From NCBI GenBank assembly GCA_016176405.1, contig JACOXG010000013.1, forward strand, positions 398 to 64,397: DNA of 64,000 bases. The letters are read 5' to 3'. Shown piece after piece: positions 49,749 to 60,000 of the stretch. Source of the DNA: Candidatus Daviesbacteria bacterium (GTDB lineage: Bacteria; Patescibacteriota; Microgenomatia; Daviesbacterales; UBA10151). Below the pieces are notes generated by a model. The model made no database searches, was not told where the DNA came from, and was given only the letters and a program-made list of their open reading frames with translations. Within the stretch, counting starts at the first letter, position 1; each line of letters opens with the position of its first letter. The translations under genes were made by a program, and so were the position numbers.

Positions 49749-51577
49749 AAGTTAAAGTATAGATCAGCCGGTTTAAATACTCCATCCTCCTGGATTGTGA
49801 CATGAACATGATCTGTATCTGCTAAATATTGACCTACAGGTGTGGCCGATTGAGCCGTCTGTCCCACTCTTAGGATGGGTGTAATATGTACAAATCTAAT
49901 TGTGTAGTTTTTAGTTTTGGCAGATAGAGCAAATCCGCCACCTTCATTTGTACTTATTGGTGTGCCGGATTCAATGATAGTCCAAGTGACTTGCTCGCCA
50001 TTTAAATAAGGCAAAAATACTGTTTTGTCAGAGCTCTGTAGATCAACAGCTGTTGATCTACCTGTCACATCAGGAGATGCGCAAGGATACTTTTGTTGGT
50101 ATTCTGCACTGCAATGGCCCCCAGGAGTGTCTTTTGAGCCAAGAGTAACGATGCCTCCATTAAGAGGACAACTAACTATCCCATTTCCTCCTCCTGGATT
50201 ATAGCCACTACTGGTTACTTGACAATTTTGGTAGTCTTGCCAGACCTCATTGCAATAACTGTAGCTGCCATAGTTGCAGCTATTGTAGTAGAGTCGGATG
50301 GCTGTATTGACCTGATCTTGAGTTGGCTGTTGAGTAATTCCGTTGGCTTTTAATTTCTCTGCTGCAATTGCCAAGCTGTTGGTAATACTACAAAGGTCTC
50401 CTTTACCTTGATTGTAAATGTCCAAAAGCTGCATCAACCCAACTGCTTGGGCAGTTCTGGCTCCTCTGGCAATTTCTTCAGCAGTACACGGATCATCTTT
50501 TTCAGGATTACTATGTAAAACCTGACCATTTAGCTCACAAAAGCTTTTAGCCTTCTGGCAATACTGATTAGATTTAATAGCATCATGATTATCATCAGCA
50601 TTAGCCACAAAATTGGCACTTTCATGCATGGCAATGCTTGCCAAAACTGCTGGAGCAGCTCCTGCATTGTTACCAGCTGCCACAATCCATCCTTGTAAAG
50701 TGGTGCTTTTAATAGGTAAAGAAGTGCCAGAACGGGTGAACTTGCAATTACTAATGTTAGTGACTGGTGTCACTCCGGCTTCAGACTCTTCTGTGGAAGT
50801 TAAAGGAACAGAAAATCCTGTCAGAAACAGTAGTGCCAAAAATGCTAAAATTATCCCCCAGACTACTTTTTTTGAAGAAGTTTTGGCCCAATTTACTCCT
50901 GGTGAATTGGGAAATCTGCTTAGAACATCGCCTATCCCCCCAATGAATCTGAAACCTCCGTTACCTACCCCACCTAAAACACCACCTAACCCACCGCCCA
51001 GTCTGCTGCCAAATTTTTTTATACCAATGCCTGTGGAAGAACCTAAGTTTTTGACCACCCGCTCACCCACCGCCACCCCACTTCTGTTGGCCACAGCTAG
51101 TTTGGAAGGAGCTGTTTCCTCTGGAGGAGGTTGAGGTGCTCGGGGTACAGTATGAACTATCCTGGGTACTCCAAAAGATCCGCCAGGCATAGGAGGGATA
51201 CCTCCAGCTGCTCCAGCCGCTTCAGCTGGAGGTGATGGTGGCAGGGTTTCTGCCTGCCCAGAAGGAATACCTTCTGCTGAGGCTGTAGGCTCTTCATAAA
51301 AAATTTGTTCCTCAGGTGTTTTGGCGCCTTTATTAATTTCTGTAATTAGTTCACTATTTTTTCTATAAAGGTCTCTGGTAAAAGCCTCAGCAAAATCCTG
51401 ATTGTCCCTGTATGCTAGATTATATTTTTGAAACTGATATCTGGCAGATGGGAAAATCTCCTTTTCAAAATCATATTCATAACCTTTGTAACGGAATTTA
51501 GTTTCTGAGGAATATCTTGGATTAGCTTTGCGCTCCAGAGCCAATGCCAAAAGTTTTTTGTCAGTTATTATTGCCAT
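49739..51577 (-). CDS. T4SS-associated membrane protein with lytic transglycosylase-like and M23-like domains
   Basis: TM, then IAMHES..AVGLMQL..YN (SLT-like) and H..AVDL..FVH..HVH (M23-like). Confidence 0.65.
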   Translation of the reverse strand: MAIITDKKLLALALERKANPRYSSETKFRYKGYEYDFEKEIFPSARYQFQKYNLAYRDNQDFAEAFTRDLYRKNSELITEINKGAKTPEEQIFYEEPTASAEGIPSGQAETLPPSPPAEAAGAAGGIPPMPGGSFGVPRIVHTVPRAPQPPPEETAPSKLAVANRSGVAVGERVVKNLGSSTGIGIKKFGSRLGGGLGGVLGGVGNGGFRFIGGIGDVLSRFPNSPGVNWAKTSSKKVVWGIILAFLALLFLTGFSVPLTSTEESEAGVTPVTNISNCKFTRSGTSLPIKSTTLQGWIVAAGNNAGAAPAVLASIAMHESANFVANADDNHDAIKSNQYCQKAKSFCELNGQVLHSNPEKDDPCTAEEIARGARTAQAVGLMQLLDIYNQGKGDLCSITNSLAIAAEKLKANGITQQPTQDQVNTAIRLYYNSCNYGSYSYCNEVWQDYQNCQVTSSGYNPGGGNGIVSCPLNGGIVTLGSKDTPGGHCSAEYQQKYPCASPDVTGRSTAVDLQSSDKTVFLPYLNGEQVTWTIIESGTPISTNEGGGFALSAKTKNYTIRFVHITPILRVGQTAQSATPVGQYLADTDHVHVTIQEDGVFKPADLYFNLCK

Positions 51578-51596
51578 AAATTCATTTTATCTTCTC

Positions 51597-53354
51597 TTAT
51601 GCATTTTGTCTTGCCAAAATTTCCTGTGGGCTGGATGTAATCAGCTCATGTTCTTTAGGGGAAGCCACTACGCTCATGGCTACATGGGTTGATCCGGCAA
51701 AAAATAGGCCTTGGCCTACCCCGGCTGATAATAGCAGTCTCTCCTCTCCTTCCGACAGATAAAAAACCTTAGATAACAGATCAATTGAGGCCGGAGCTTG
51801 TTTAAGTAGGACCTGGATAGATGAGTTGGAAATAATTTCTTTACCCCTCTCAGTTGCCAAAAAATCCTCCACATCTTGGGTTATGGTGGTTAGTCCCAGA
51901 TAGTATTTTCTGGCTCTTTTGGCCATATCCACCAAAAAGTTGGCTGAATCTTCATTTCTCATCAAATACCAGGCCTCATCCACAATTAAAATTCTTTTTT
52001 TGAGCTTAGTTCTGATTTTAGTCCAGACATAATCCAAAATCATATGGATGGCCAAAGGTCGGAGTTGATCAGCCAAATCCCGTACCGAAAAAACTGTGAA
52101 GGAGTTGGTTAAATTGATGTTGGATTGGGAAGAAAAAATGCCCATCAGGGAACCCCTGATAAATCTTTCCAATCTGGCAGCCAGCTCTATGGCTGGTCCC
52201 TCCTCCATGCCCACTAAAATTTTATAAAGATCCTCCATCAAAGGAGGCTGTCTATTTTGAGTTTTTGGATCATCGGTGATACCTTTAAGCTGATAAGTTT
52301 GCTTTAGGGCTCGATCCAAAATGGCACCTTCTGTGGCAGTTAGTTGTCCCAAGACCAATTTTAGAAAAGTAGTTAAAGACAAAATTTTTCGTCCCAGCTC
52401 ATTTTCTCCACTTATTTCTGCTGACATATCAAAGGGATTGATCTTAACCGGCGAAGATGAGGAAAAATTAATAAATTCTCCTCCCACTGCCTGAGCTAAA
52501 GGTAGATACTCTTGCTCAGGATCAATCACGATAATTTCTGTCCCAAACATCAAAGAACGTAGCGCTTCCAGCTTGACAAAGTAACTTTTCCCAGCACCGG
52601 ATTTAGCAAAAACCACCGAGTTGGCATTTTCCAAAGTAAACCTGTCAAATAAAATCAAAGAATCATTGTGAGCATTGATACCATACATAATGCCTTCATT
52701 AGCTGTGAGCTCCGATGAGGCAAAAGGAAAAGTGGTAGCCAAAGAGGTAGTATCCATGTTATGAGCCAGGTTAAGATAATCAACGCCGATGGGAATAGTT
52801 GATCTAAAACCATCTTCCATCTGTAAAGTGGTGGGTCGGGCAGTCATCGACAGGGAGGCAAAGGTTGATTCCACCAGTTTGGAGGTGTTATGGAGTTCTT
52901 CTTTAGATAAAGCAGGTACTGTGATGTATAAGGCAAACTGAAAAAATCTCTCCGCTCCTCTGACCAGTTGATCTTGTAAGGCCCTGGCATCTTCCAAAGC
53001 CACCTCAACTGCTGGATCAACAGCTCTGCCTCTTTCCAGATCTGTTTGGAGCGTTGCCTCCATCTCAGCAATCTTTCTTTTTAATTCATCCAAAACCCCA
53101 GCTGATTCTGAAGGATAAATGAACATGGAGATAAATAGGGAATGATCAAAGGAGATTAATGGTTCTAGCCAGTTTGGTTCCACAAATCTGGGGTAGTTTG
53201 ATACAAAGTAGCTTCTAAAGAAACGATCATTGATGTTGAGCTCATTAAAGTCCACCTCAATCTCTGCCGGGGCAATCACATCAGAGATGGTCAGTTGATC
53301 TTCCCTAGCCACTTCTTCTGGCTTGGTCTTTTTGAATAAACTCGATAATTTCAC
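51597..53354 (-). CDS. VirB4-like T4SS ATPase
   Basis: AKSGAGKS, IDPEQEY, INPFD, IVDEAW and ARKY..ITQ motifs; GTG start at 53354. Confidence 0.93.
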   Translation of the reverse strand: MKLSSLFKKTKPEEVAREDQLTISDVIAPAEIEVDFNELNINDRFFRSYFVSNYPRFVEPNWLEPLISFDHSLFISMFIYPSESAGVLDELKRKIAEMEATLQTDLERGRAVDPAVEVALEDARALQDQLVRGAERFFQFALYITVPALSKEELHNTSKLVESTFASLSMTARPTTLQMEDGFRSTIPIGVDYLNLAHNMDTTSLATTFPFASSELTANEGIMYGINAHNDSLILFDRFTLENANSVVFAKSGAGKSYFVKLEALRSLMFGTEIIVIDPEQEYLPLAQAVGGEFINFSSSSPVKINPFDMSAEISGENELGRKILSLTTFLKLVLGQLTATEGAILDRALKQTYQLKGITDDPKTQNRQPPLMEDLYKILVGMEEGPAIELAARLERFIRGSLMGIFSSQSNINLTNSFTVFSVRDLADQLRPLAIHMILDYVWTKIRTKLKKRILIVDEAWYLMRNEDSANFLVDMAKRARKYYLGLTTITQDVEDFLATERGKEIISNSSIQVLLKQAPASIDLLSKVFYLSEGEERLLLSAGVGQGLFFAGSTHVAMSVVASPKEHELITSSPQEILARQNA

Positions 53355-53367
53355 GTTTTTTGAATCC

Positions 53368-54105
53368 TTATCCCTCCAACTCCTCCACCACAAATGGGTG
53401 AGCTCTCGATGATTGGCTTCTAATTGGAGCTTGGTCTAATTTTGTTTCAGCTGCTATTTGAGAAACCTGGGCTGGTGTGACAGTTTCTAAAGGTTTGGGA
53501 GTACTCTTAGGCTCCTTTAAATTAACAGGCATGGTGGGTAAAGCTGGACTGGGTTTGGTACTGTAGTTGTAGATATTAAAAAAAACTTGTAAAAGTTTTT
53601 GGTTATCAAGCTGGGTGGCTTTCAAGCCGATTCTAGACAGCTGTCTCAAAATTTGATCTCGCCTGGGTAGTAGGACAGTTTTTATTTTTTGCTCCAGAGC
53701 TTGTTTTGAGGCAATCAGCCCCAGTTCCAATTTAAAAAGGGGCACCACTATATAAAATTTTTTATCTAAAACTTCATTTTCTTTGATGGTGGATTGGATA
53801 AATTGCCGGTAATGACTCATCATCTGAGATAACAGTTGGTTAGTTTGACTCTTTTGCGCCTTATTCAACAGCTCAAGATAGGATGAGATGTCCAATCTTT
53901 CTGAATCGATGACAATTTGGATACTAAAGGATAGGGAATTTAGCATTTGGGCAAAAGCATCAATGATGGCCATTTGCTCCCGGCCAGAAAGCAAACCAAA
54001 ATTAACAGCCGAAACTTGCAAAATTAAGGCTCCGCCACCACCTTTTAAAATGACGATTCCTTCCTGAATATCAGCTATGGGCAGATGATTTTGGGTGGTA
54101 TTCAT
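53368..54105 (-). CDS. T4SS accessory protein between PrgI and VirB4
   Basis: STQ-like start, VNFGLLS.REQ..I..F...LNSL.F.IQI and KFYIVVP motifs; operon position. Confidence 0.75.
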   Translation of the reverse strand: MNTTQNHLPIADIQEGIVILKGGGGALILQVSAVNFGLLSGREQMAIIDAFAQMLNSLSFSIQIVIDSERLDISSYLELLNKAQKSQTNQLLSQMMSHYRQFIQSTIKENEVLDKKFYIVVPLFKLELGLIASKQALEQKIKTVLLPRRDQILRQLSRIGLKATQLDNQKLLQVFFNIYNYSTKPSPALPTMPVNLKEPKSTPKPLETVTPAQVSQIAAETKLDQAPIRSQSSRAHPFVVEELEG

Positions 54106-54106
54106 G

Positions 54107-55114
54107 TTAGCTTTTAGCCACCACATTAATGGGTGGTAAAACAGAACCTGTCAGTTCAATCTGTAATACATCAAAGGCAAAATTTTCCTTCTCCAGCTCC
54201 AGAGTGTAGATGCCATTAGGCAAAGGAGTAGAGCCACTAAATTGACCTAATTTGTTAGTTTTTAAGGCTCTGACTGGTAGACCCTCTTTGTCATAGATGA
54301 CTGCCACCACTCCTTCTAAATAATTGCCCACTGTATCTTTGACCACCCCATTAATCACATTAGGAAAAGTAGTCAGGGCCACCTGAGCAATCTTTGGTCT
54401 AATTGGGATGACTACCTTAACTTTTTCCTTAGGTGGCTCTTTTTCCGAAGGTTCCGGAGGCCCGGAAACATTTTCCAGTTTTTCCTTGACCGCCGATGCT
54501 TGAGTGATCATGTTTTTTAAATCAGCCAGGATCTTATTGACTTGCTGGCTGTAATCAACTGGTATGGGAGTAGGTTTGGTAGCTTCAGCCCTAATTTGTC
54601 CTAAAGTTCTTTCTGTCTGAATAATTTTTAGCTGTAAATCTTGAGCCTGTTTGGCCAAGTCAACTGTTTTTTGCAACTCTTCGCCGGTGGGCAGTTGGGA
54701 GACAGGTTTAGAGAGCTGAGGAGTTGGTGGAGTAGGTTCTTCGGGCACCTTTTTCATCTGAGGACCGGAAGTAAAAACTAACAATCGGCTGCCAAAAAGA
54801 GGATCTTCAAAATAGCTTTTACCTGCTCTTATCCAAGATCTTTTGGTGGGAGAATAGATGGCTTTAATGAAGGCTGCAAACCAGTGATCAAGGGGTCTAG
54901 ATCCTATTGGTAAAAAAGCAAAAGCTACTCCTGAAAGGGCCGATAAAACAATCAAAGGCCAAGCCAGATAAGGGTAAGGAGCGGCTAAAAAGACAAACAT
55001 TAAATAGGCCAAACCAACACCGGTTGCCAGGTAAAGAAACTGTTTTAAAGTCATATCCCCAATCAGCCTAAACTGAAATGAGGTGACATTTTGTGGAATA
55101 GGATGTGGTTCCAT
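54107..55114 (-). CDS. PrgI-family protein with a C-terminal beta-sandwich domain
   Basis: HPIPQNV..FQFRLIG.MTLKQF, two TMs, RPLD; start at ATG 55114. Confidence 0.88.
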   Translation of the reverse strand: MEPHPIPQNVTSFQFRLIGDMTLKQFLYLATGVGLAYLMFVFLAAPYPYLAWPLIVLSALSGVAFAFLPIGSRPLDHWFAAFIKAIYSPTKRSWIRAGKSYFEDPLFGSRLLVFTSGPQMKKVPEEPTPPTPQLSKPVSQLPTGEELQKTVDLAKQAQDLQLKIIQTERTLGQIRAEATKPTPIPVDYSQQVNKILADLKNMITQASAVKEKLENVSGPPEPSEKEPPKEKVKVVIPIRPKIAQVALTTFPNVINGVVKDTVGNYLEGVVAVIYDKEGLPVRALKTNKLGQFSGSTPLPNGIYTLELEKENFAFDVLQIELTGSVLPPINVVAKS

Positions 55115-55226
55115 GACTATAAGGTATGCTACAGCGTGAAAAATTACAGGTAAAGAGGTACAAAGTAGGTCATTTAAGGGCAATCTGAACCAATCTGAGA
55201 GAAAGTACTACACAATATACGCTATA

Positions 55227-55254
55227 TTGACAGAAAAAGTTTTCTTGATATGCT
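55227..55254 (+). promoter_or_regulatory. Sigma70-type promoter driving the riboswitch leader
   Basis: TTGACA 55227-32, 16 nt, TATGCT 55249-54 with TG extension. Confidence 0.7.
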
Positions 55255-55258
55255 GAAA

Positions 55259-55476
55259 TGGTGGTGTACCATCCTGAGTACTGAGCGAAGTCGAAGTATC
55301 GAAGGGTAAGGTACAAAAGGGAATCCAGTGTAAATCTGGAGTCCATGAAGTGGATCGCTTAGCGATCACTTCAGGACCATGAAGTGAACTTTGCTCTACT
55401 TCATGGCTGTGCCGCAACTGTTAAAGCCAGGAGACCGACCACTCCGCCATCTGGCGGATTCTTTCCCGAGCAGGAG
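55259..55476 (+). ncRNA. Cobalamin riboswitch, short class II-like and translational, with palindromic insertions
   Basis: TGGTGGT..ACCGACCA closing stem; AAAAGGGAA-TCCAGTGTAAATCTGGA; GCTGTGCCGCAACTGT; B12 box AGCCAGGAGACC; downstream TTCC-CGAGCA-GGAG hairpin. Confidence 0.9.
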
Positions 55477-55480
55477 CAAT

Positions 55481-56782
55481 ATGCCAGTTGAAACCTTAGA
55501 ATCATCATATATTCCTCCACCTGAAATAGCCGAAATTGCCATCCCAGAAGTCTTTGTAGAGGCTTTTAGAGAAGAGCCTTCACCTTTAGAATTAAGATCA
55601 ACCAAAGTATCTGAAAGACAGTGGTATTTGTTGCCTGGAACAGGATTTGATGTTAGGGGGCAAATTAATAAACTGATCAGAAGTTTAAATTCTCACTTGG
55701 ATGGGAAAAATCAAGCACAAGTAGTGAGTGAATTTGTCGAAGATACAGCTGAAGATATGAGACATTTTGTAATTGAGTATCCCTTGCAAAGATTAGTTTT
55801 CCCTATTTTTTTAGATCTTAGACAAGGTGGAGTCAGAAAATTAATCGCCCCCCGCTATAGTAACCAGACTTATTCAGATTTGATTTCTTCACAAGAAAGA
55901 AGAGGATCTGTTAAAAGTTCAGTTCTTAGAATAGAGAGCCTGATGATTGATGCTCCTGAGGGTACTATCGCTGGATTCATCAGTCCTCCGGGCTGGACAG
56001 ATCTAGAGGATAGACAAGGAGGGAAGATTGAGTTTGTTGATAATCAAATTTACCTGTATAAAAAGACTAAGACCGGGTTAGAGGCAAGAACAGTTAGGAC
56101 TGATCTAACTTTGGAGCAAAGCGAATTATTACTAGAACAGCTCAACTTCACAAGGGAGAATCCTCCTAATTTACATACCCCGGAAGAAAGAATTATGACA
56201 GTGGTGGAAAGCGTTTTTTACTTACAAGGTCAGACCTTTGAAACTGTGGTGGATCTTATAAAAACAACCAAAGGTAGTGAGCTCGCTTATAAGGACAGAT
56301 CTTTTGAGGAGATTTATTATGATTTGAGTTTGGGTGATGATCTTTTGGACTTTAATTTGGATGTCCAAAAGTATGCTGAGCCAATCATTGAACAGTTTAA
56401 ACTTTTGGCTAGGAACAAATTGGTATATATTTCAGATCAAACTTTAGATGAGCTAGAAATGGAGTTGGGAAAAGCCATATTAAGAATACATAAAGCAATT
56501 AAGAGCAGACATTCTTCTGATGAAATGATTAGACCTATTCCCTATATGACAGAAACAGATTTTAAGAGAGAACTGGTACAACTGCAGGTAATACCAGGAT
56601 GTAATGGAGGAAGCTGTAGACGTTTTATTATAACAGCTTCTGGTGGTGTTAGAGAACTGGTAGGTAATTCAAAGTCCATATCCCCAGATTTTTATGAGTA
56701 TTGTCCTGCTTGTGATGAGGAAATTAATTGTACTGTTAAGGTTGGTCAATCATGCCCCAAATGTAATAAAGTCAGAATGTAA
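55481..56782 (+). CDS. Hypothetical protein with a C-terminal Cys cluster (Zn-ribbon-like)
   Basis: AGGAG SD 4 nt before ATG 55481; CNGGSC..CPAC..C..CPKC; the track start 55391 lies inside the riboswitch. Confidence 0.8.
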   Translation: MPVETLESSYIPPPEIAEIAIPEVFVEAFREEPSPLELRSTKVSERQWYLLPGTGFDVRGQINKLIRSLNSHLDGKNQAQVVSEFVEDTAEDMRHFVIEYPLQRLVFPIFLDLRQGGVRKLIAPRYSNQTYSDLISSQERRGSVKSSVLRIESLMIDAPEGTIAGFISPPGWTDLEDRQGGKIEFVDNQIYLYKKTKTGLEARTVRTDLTLEQSELLLEQLNFTRENPPNLHTPEERIMTVVESVFYLQGQTFETVVDLIKTTKGSELAYKDRSFEEIYYDLSLGDDLLDFNLDVQKYAEPIIEQFKLLARNKLVYISDQTLDELEMELGKAILRIHKAIKSRHSSDEMIRPIPYMTETDFKRELVQLQVIPGCNGGSCRRFIITASGGVRELVGNSKSISPDFYEYCPACDEEINCTVKVGQSCPKCNKVRM

Positions 56783-56863
56783 ATTGTAAATAAACTTTAG
56801 TTAAATTCATCCCAATACCGTCAGGATTATATCAGGATTTAATCAAGCACTTAATTCCGATTT

Positions 56864-56931
56864 ATTGTTAAATTGCTTCATTGTTATATTGTCTTAAAAA
56901 ACAATTTAACAGTTTAACAATATAACAATTT
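56864..56931. repeat. Inverted pair of 8-mer tandem arrays
   Basis: ATTGTTAA ATTGCTTC ATTGTTAT ATTGTCTT, then AACAATTT AACAGTTT AACAATAT AACAATTT. Confidence 0.8.
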
Positions 56932-57003
56932 TATTTGTTGAAGTTGACACTTAGGTTTCCAAGGCTCTACACTAATTAAGGTAGGCCTTGTGGAAAGGCT
57001 TAC

Positions 57004-60000
57004 ATGTCTAATGCTGAAAGATTAAATATGGCAGATGCTATTGCAACAGAAACAGCTGAGCCAAAAGTAGTGGTTACTTCTGAGAAAGACAGCTACCAAA
57101 AAGGCGGCATAATGAGGTGGCTTAAAAGAGGTTCAAAGGCTCAAGTTTTGATGAAACCAGGTGAATTTGAACCTCCCACAGCAACTCAAGATTCTCAAAT
57201 TGAGAATGTGCATGCTCGGAATCAACAAGCAGCTGAGACATCTTCCAAGAGAGAACATATCCTAAAATTACCTGGTTATGATCCAAATAAAGAATATGAG
57301 ATTAGAGAATTGGGGAATGCTGTAATTATTGTTGATCCAGTAACAGGGAAAGAGATAGGTATATTACCAAGAATTGCTGGAGGTAGCCCGGATATACCAG
57401 ATTGGATTACTGAAGCAGCCAAGAGTAAGCCTTTGAGGTTACAGGAAGCTCAAGAGCTTGATCAAATTTATTCAAGGGTTGATCGTTCTAGACTTCCTGG
57501 GCATCAGGTTGGTGAATTAGACCGCATGATTCAGGCAAATCAGAATGAACTCAATACCCTTCAGAGAGAGGTAGAGCAACTGTTTGAAGAAGCAAGCAAT
57601 GACAATATCTTGAATTTTGTCATAAATGATGTAAGAGCTGCTTACATTAAAGCCATTCAACCACCGCCAGCTTCCATTTGGGAAGCGCAACCTCCAACAG
57701 GCCGAGAAATTGATTTGAAAAATTATCAGGAAACATTTTGGGATTTAGGATACGATGTTTTGCGCGATTTATTTTTAAGGGGGGCGGTCGGACCTATTGA
57801 CATAAGAGCGTTACGAGCAAAGTATGAAGGTTTGGGCAGTTATATAGCCTCAAGAGCGGCTGTAGCTATTGATAAGGATTTAAAAGGATTACCATTATCA
57901 CCATCGACTGAGTTAGGAGATCGTATTCTTGAGGGTGTCAAAAGGGAACATGAATATGCAGAAAGCAGAAGAAGAGCAAGAGCCAGTGCTGATGAGATGC
58001 TTAGATATAGTGACTGGAGAGAACGCTTTGATTTTGACTGGGCTCAAAATAGGCCGGAGTTGAGAGCCTCAGTTTTTGCCTGGCTGGAGAAATTTGTTGC
58101 CCATTTACCAGAAGCAACAATAGATGAACTTAACAATGAATCACTGACTTGGAAGCGTAATGCTATCAGTGCTCTGGAAAAAGCTGCCAATAGGCTACGA
58201 ATTTCAGAAAAAGAACCTTTTTACAAAGAACTTAAAAGTACTATTGAAGCATATGTTGAAGTATATCGAGGAGCAAAGTTTTTGGAAACTGATGGTGGGC
58301 TTGAGGCGGCTACAATTGCCTTGGAAGAATTTGCCCATAATTTTAATCCTAAACATGATGCAATATATTTAGGTAATGCTAAATCTGCCATTATTCAAGC
58401 CTTTATGGCTAGAAATCATGGGGCCATATCCGCTAGCACCGTACCCATCACAAGAGATACCGCTCCTACGGGCGCAGCCATTGAAACTATTGAGAAACCT
58501 CAGGCAGGAGACTTGGAAGAGTTTAGAGGTAATATAGAAGAGCAAGCAAAACAATATGCAGCCACTCACCAGTTATATATCAGGGAAGCTGATTTTGAAA
58601 CAAGAATTAGACAAAGTAACGGGGGTTATAGTTGGGATGATGTTATCGAAGACTTATTACTCGAAGATAGAAGGGGTATGAATGCCGCTAATGCTTTAAC
58701 AGACCCGATTGCTCAAGCTGAAGCTATAGCCAGAGTAGTAACCAGAACAGGTGTTTTCCAAAGAATTAAAGAAAGGTTGGATAGAGAAGATGAAGCGAGA
58801 GATGGAAGAAGCTTTGCCGAACTCACAGATGATGAAAGAAGAGAAGAGATTAGGTTTAGGATCAGAACAAAGATGTTTCTGACAGGATATAGAAATCTGG
58901 TAGACGACATTGATCTTACCACAGATCCGGTAGACAAAGACAGGAAATTATGGAATTGGCTAAAAGGATACAACCTAAGAAGAGAAATCCAGGGTCATAC
59001 GTTGTTTTTCCCCAGCTACTGGGATGAAGTCAGATTAAGCATAAATAGACCAACCAAATTAGTAGATAGGGCTCTCCAAGAAATCAATAAAGCTGAACAA
59101 ATGAGGAGATTGAATCCCATTCAAGCAGAAGCCATCCGAAACAGTATCAAAAACGAAATGAGAGCTAGAGGGGCGGATAAAGAAGTTGACAGAATTGAAT
59201 CCTTAATAAGTCCGCTTAATAGAGACAAGGCTTTATGGAGATGGGTTGATAAGTATAATGCAGCCAGAAAAGACCGTGGGGAGGAACCTTGGTATGCCGG
59301 TGATTGGGATAGAGCTCTACCTGAAGACGAGCTTGAGGCCATGATTGAGGAAGTAGATCCTTTTAGAGGGGTATTACGCATTGATGGCTTAACAGATCAA
59401 GAGATTAATACAGCCATAGAAAATCTTAATTGGACAGATCCCGCACAACCCAATTTTATTGGAAGTGGATTAACTGCTGAACAAATTGAAACAGCCAAGA
59501 GAGAAATGTTGGAAGATGCTTTATTTGATAAACAACAACGAGAAACTGAGGCTGAACGAGCTTACAATATTAACAGAGCTTACCAGAAATTCTTAGGAAT
59601 TGATGCCAGATGGGGTGGTATGTCTATAAGGGAGATTAATGATGAGGGAGAGATGTTCCTGAAAAATGTCTGGGAGAAAGCTGAAGAAATATTGAAGGAG
59701 AAGATTGATAATGAGGAAGAAGAAACAGAAGAAAAAGTAGCTGCCCTTGAAGCAGCTTTAAGAGCCAGAGGGGGTTTAACAGATGCTGAGATAGAGACAA
59801 CTCTCATTGAAAGAAGAAGGTTATTAAGAAGGGATTCCACATTCGGAGCCACCTTGGCGCTTAGGGAAATAGGCATTGCTAATGATTTACCCATTTGGAA
59901 TTACTATTACTATAACGACCCTCAACGTATTCAAACTTTTGCTCCCTTGGTGGGATATACACATAATGATAAACCACAAATAATCGATCTTTTGGACAGA

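Noticed and set aside
55208-55417. 69-aa minus-strand ORF, and the 55391 start of the + ORF
   Set aside because: Both lie over the riboswitch and its palindromic inserts; the SD supports ATG 55481
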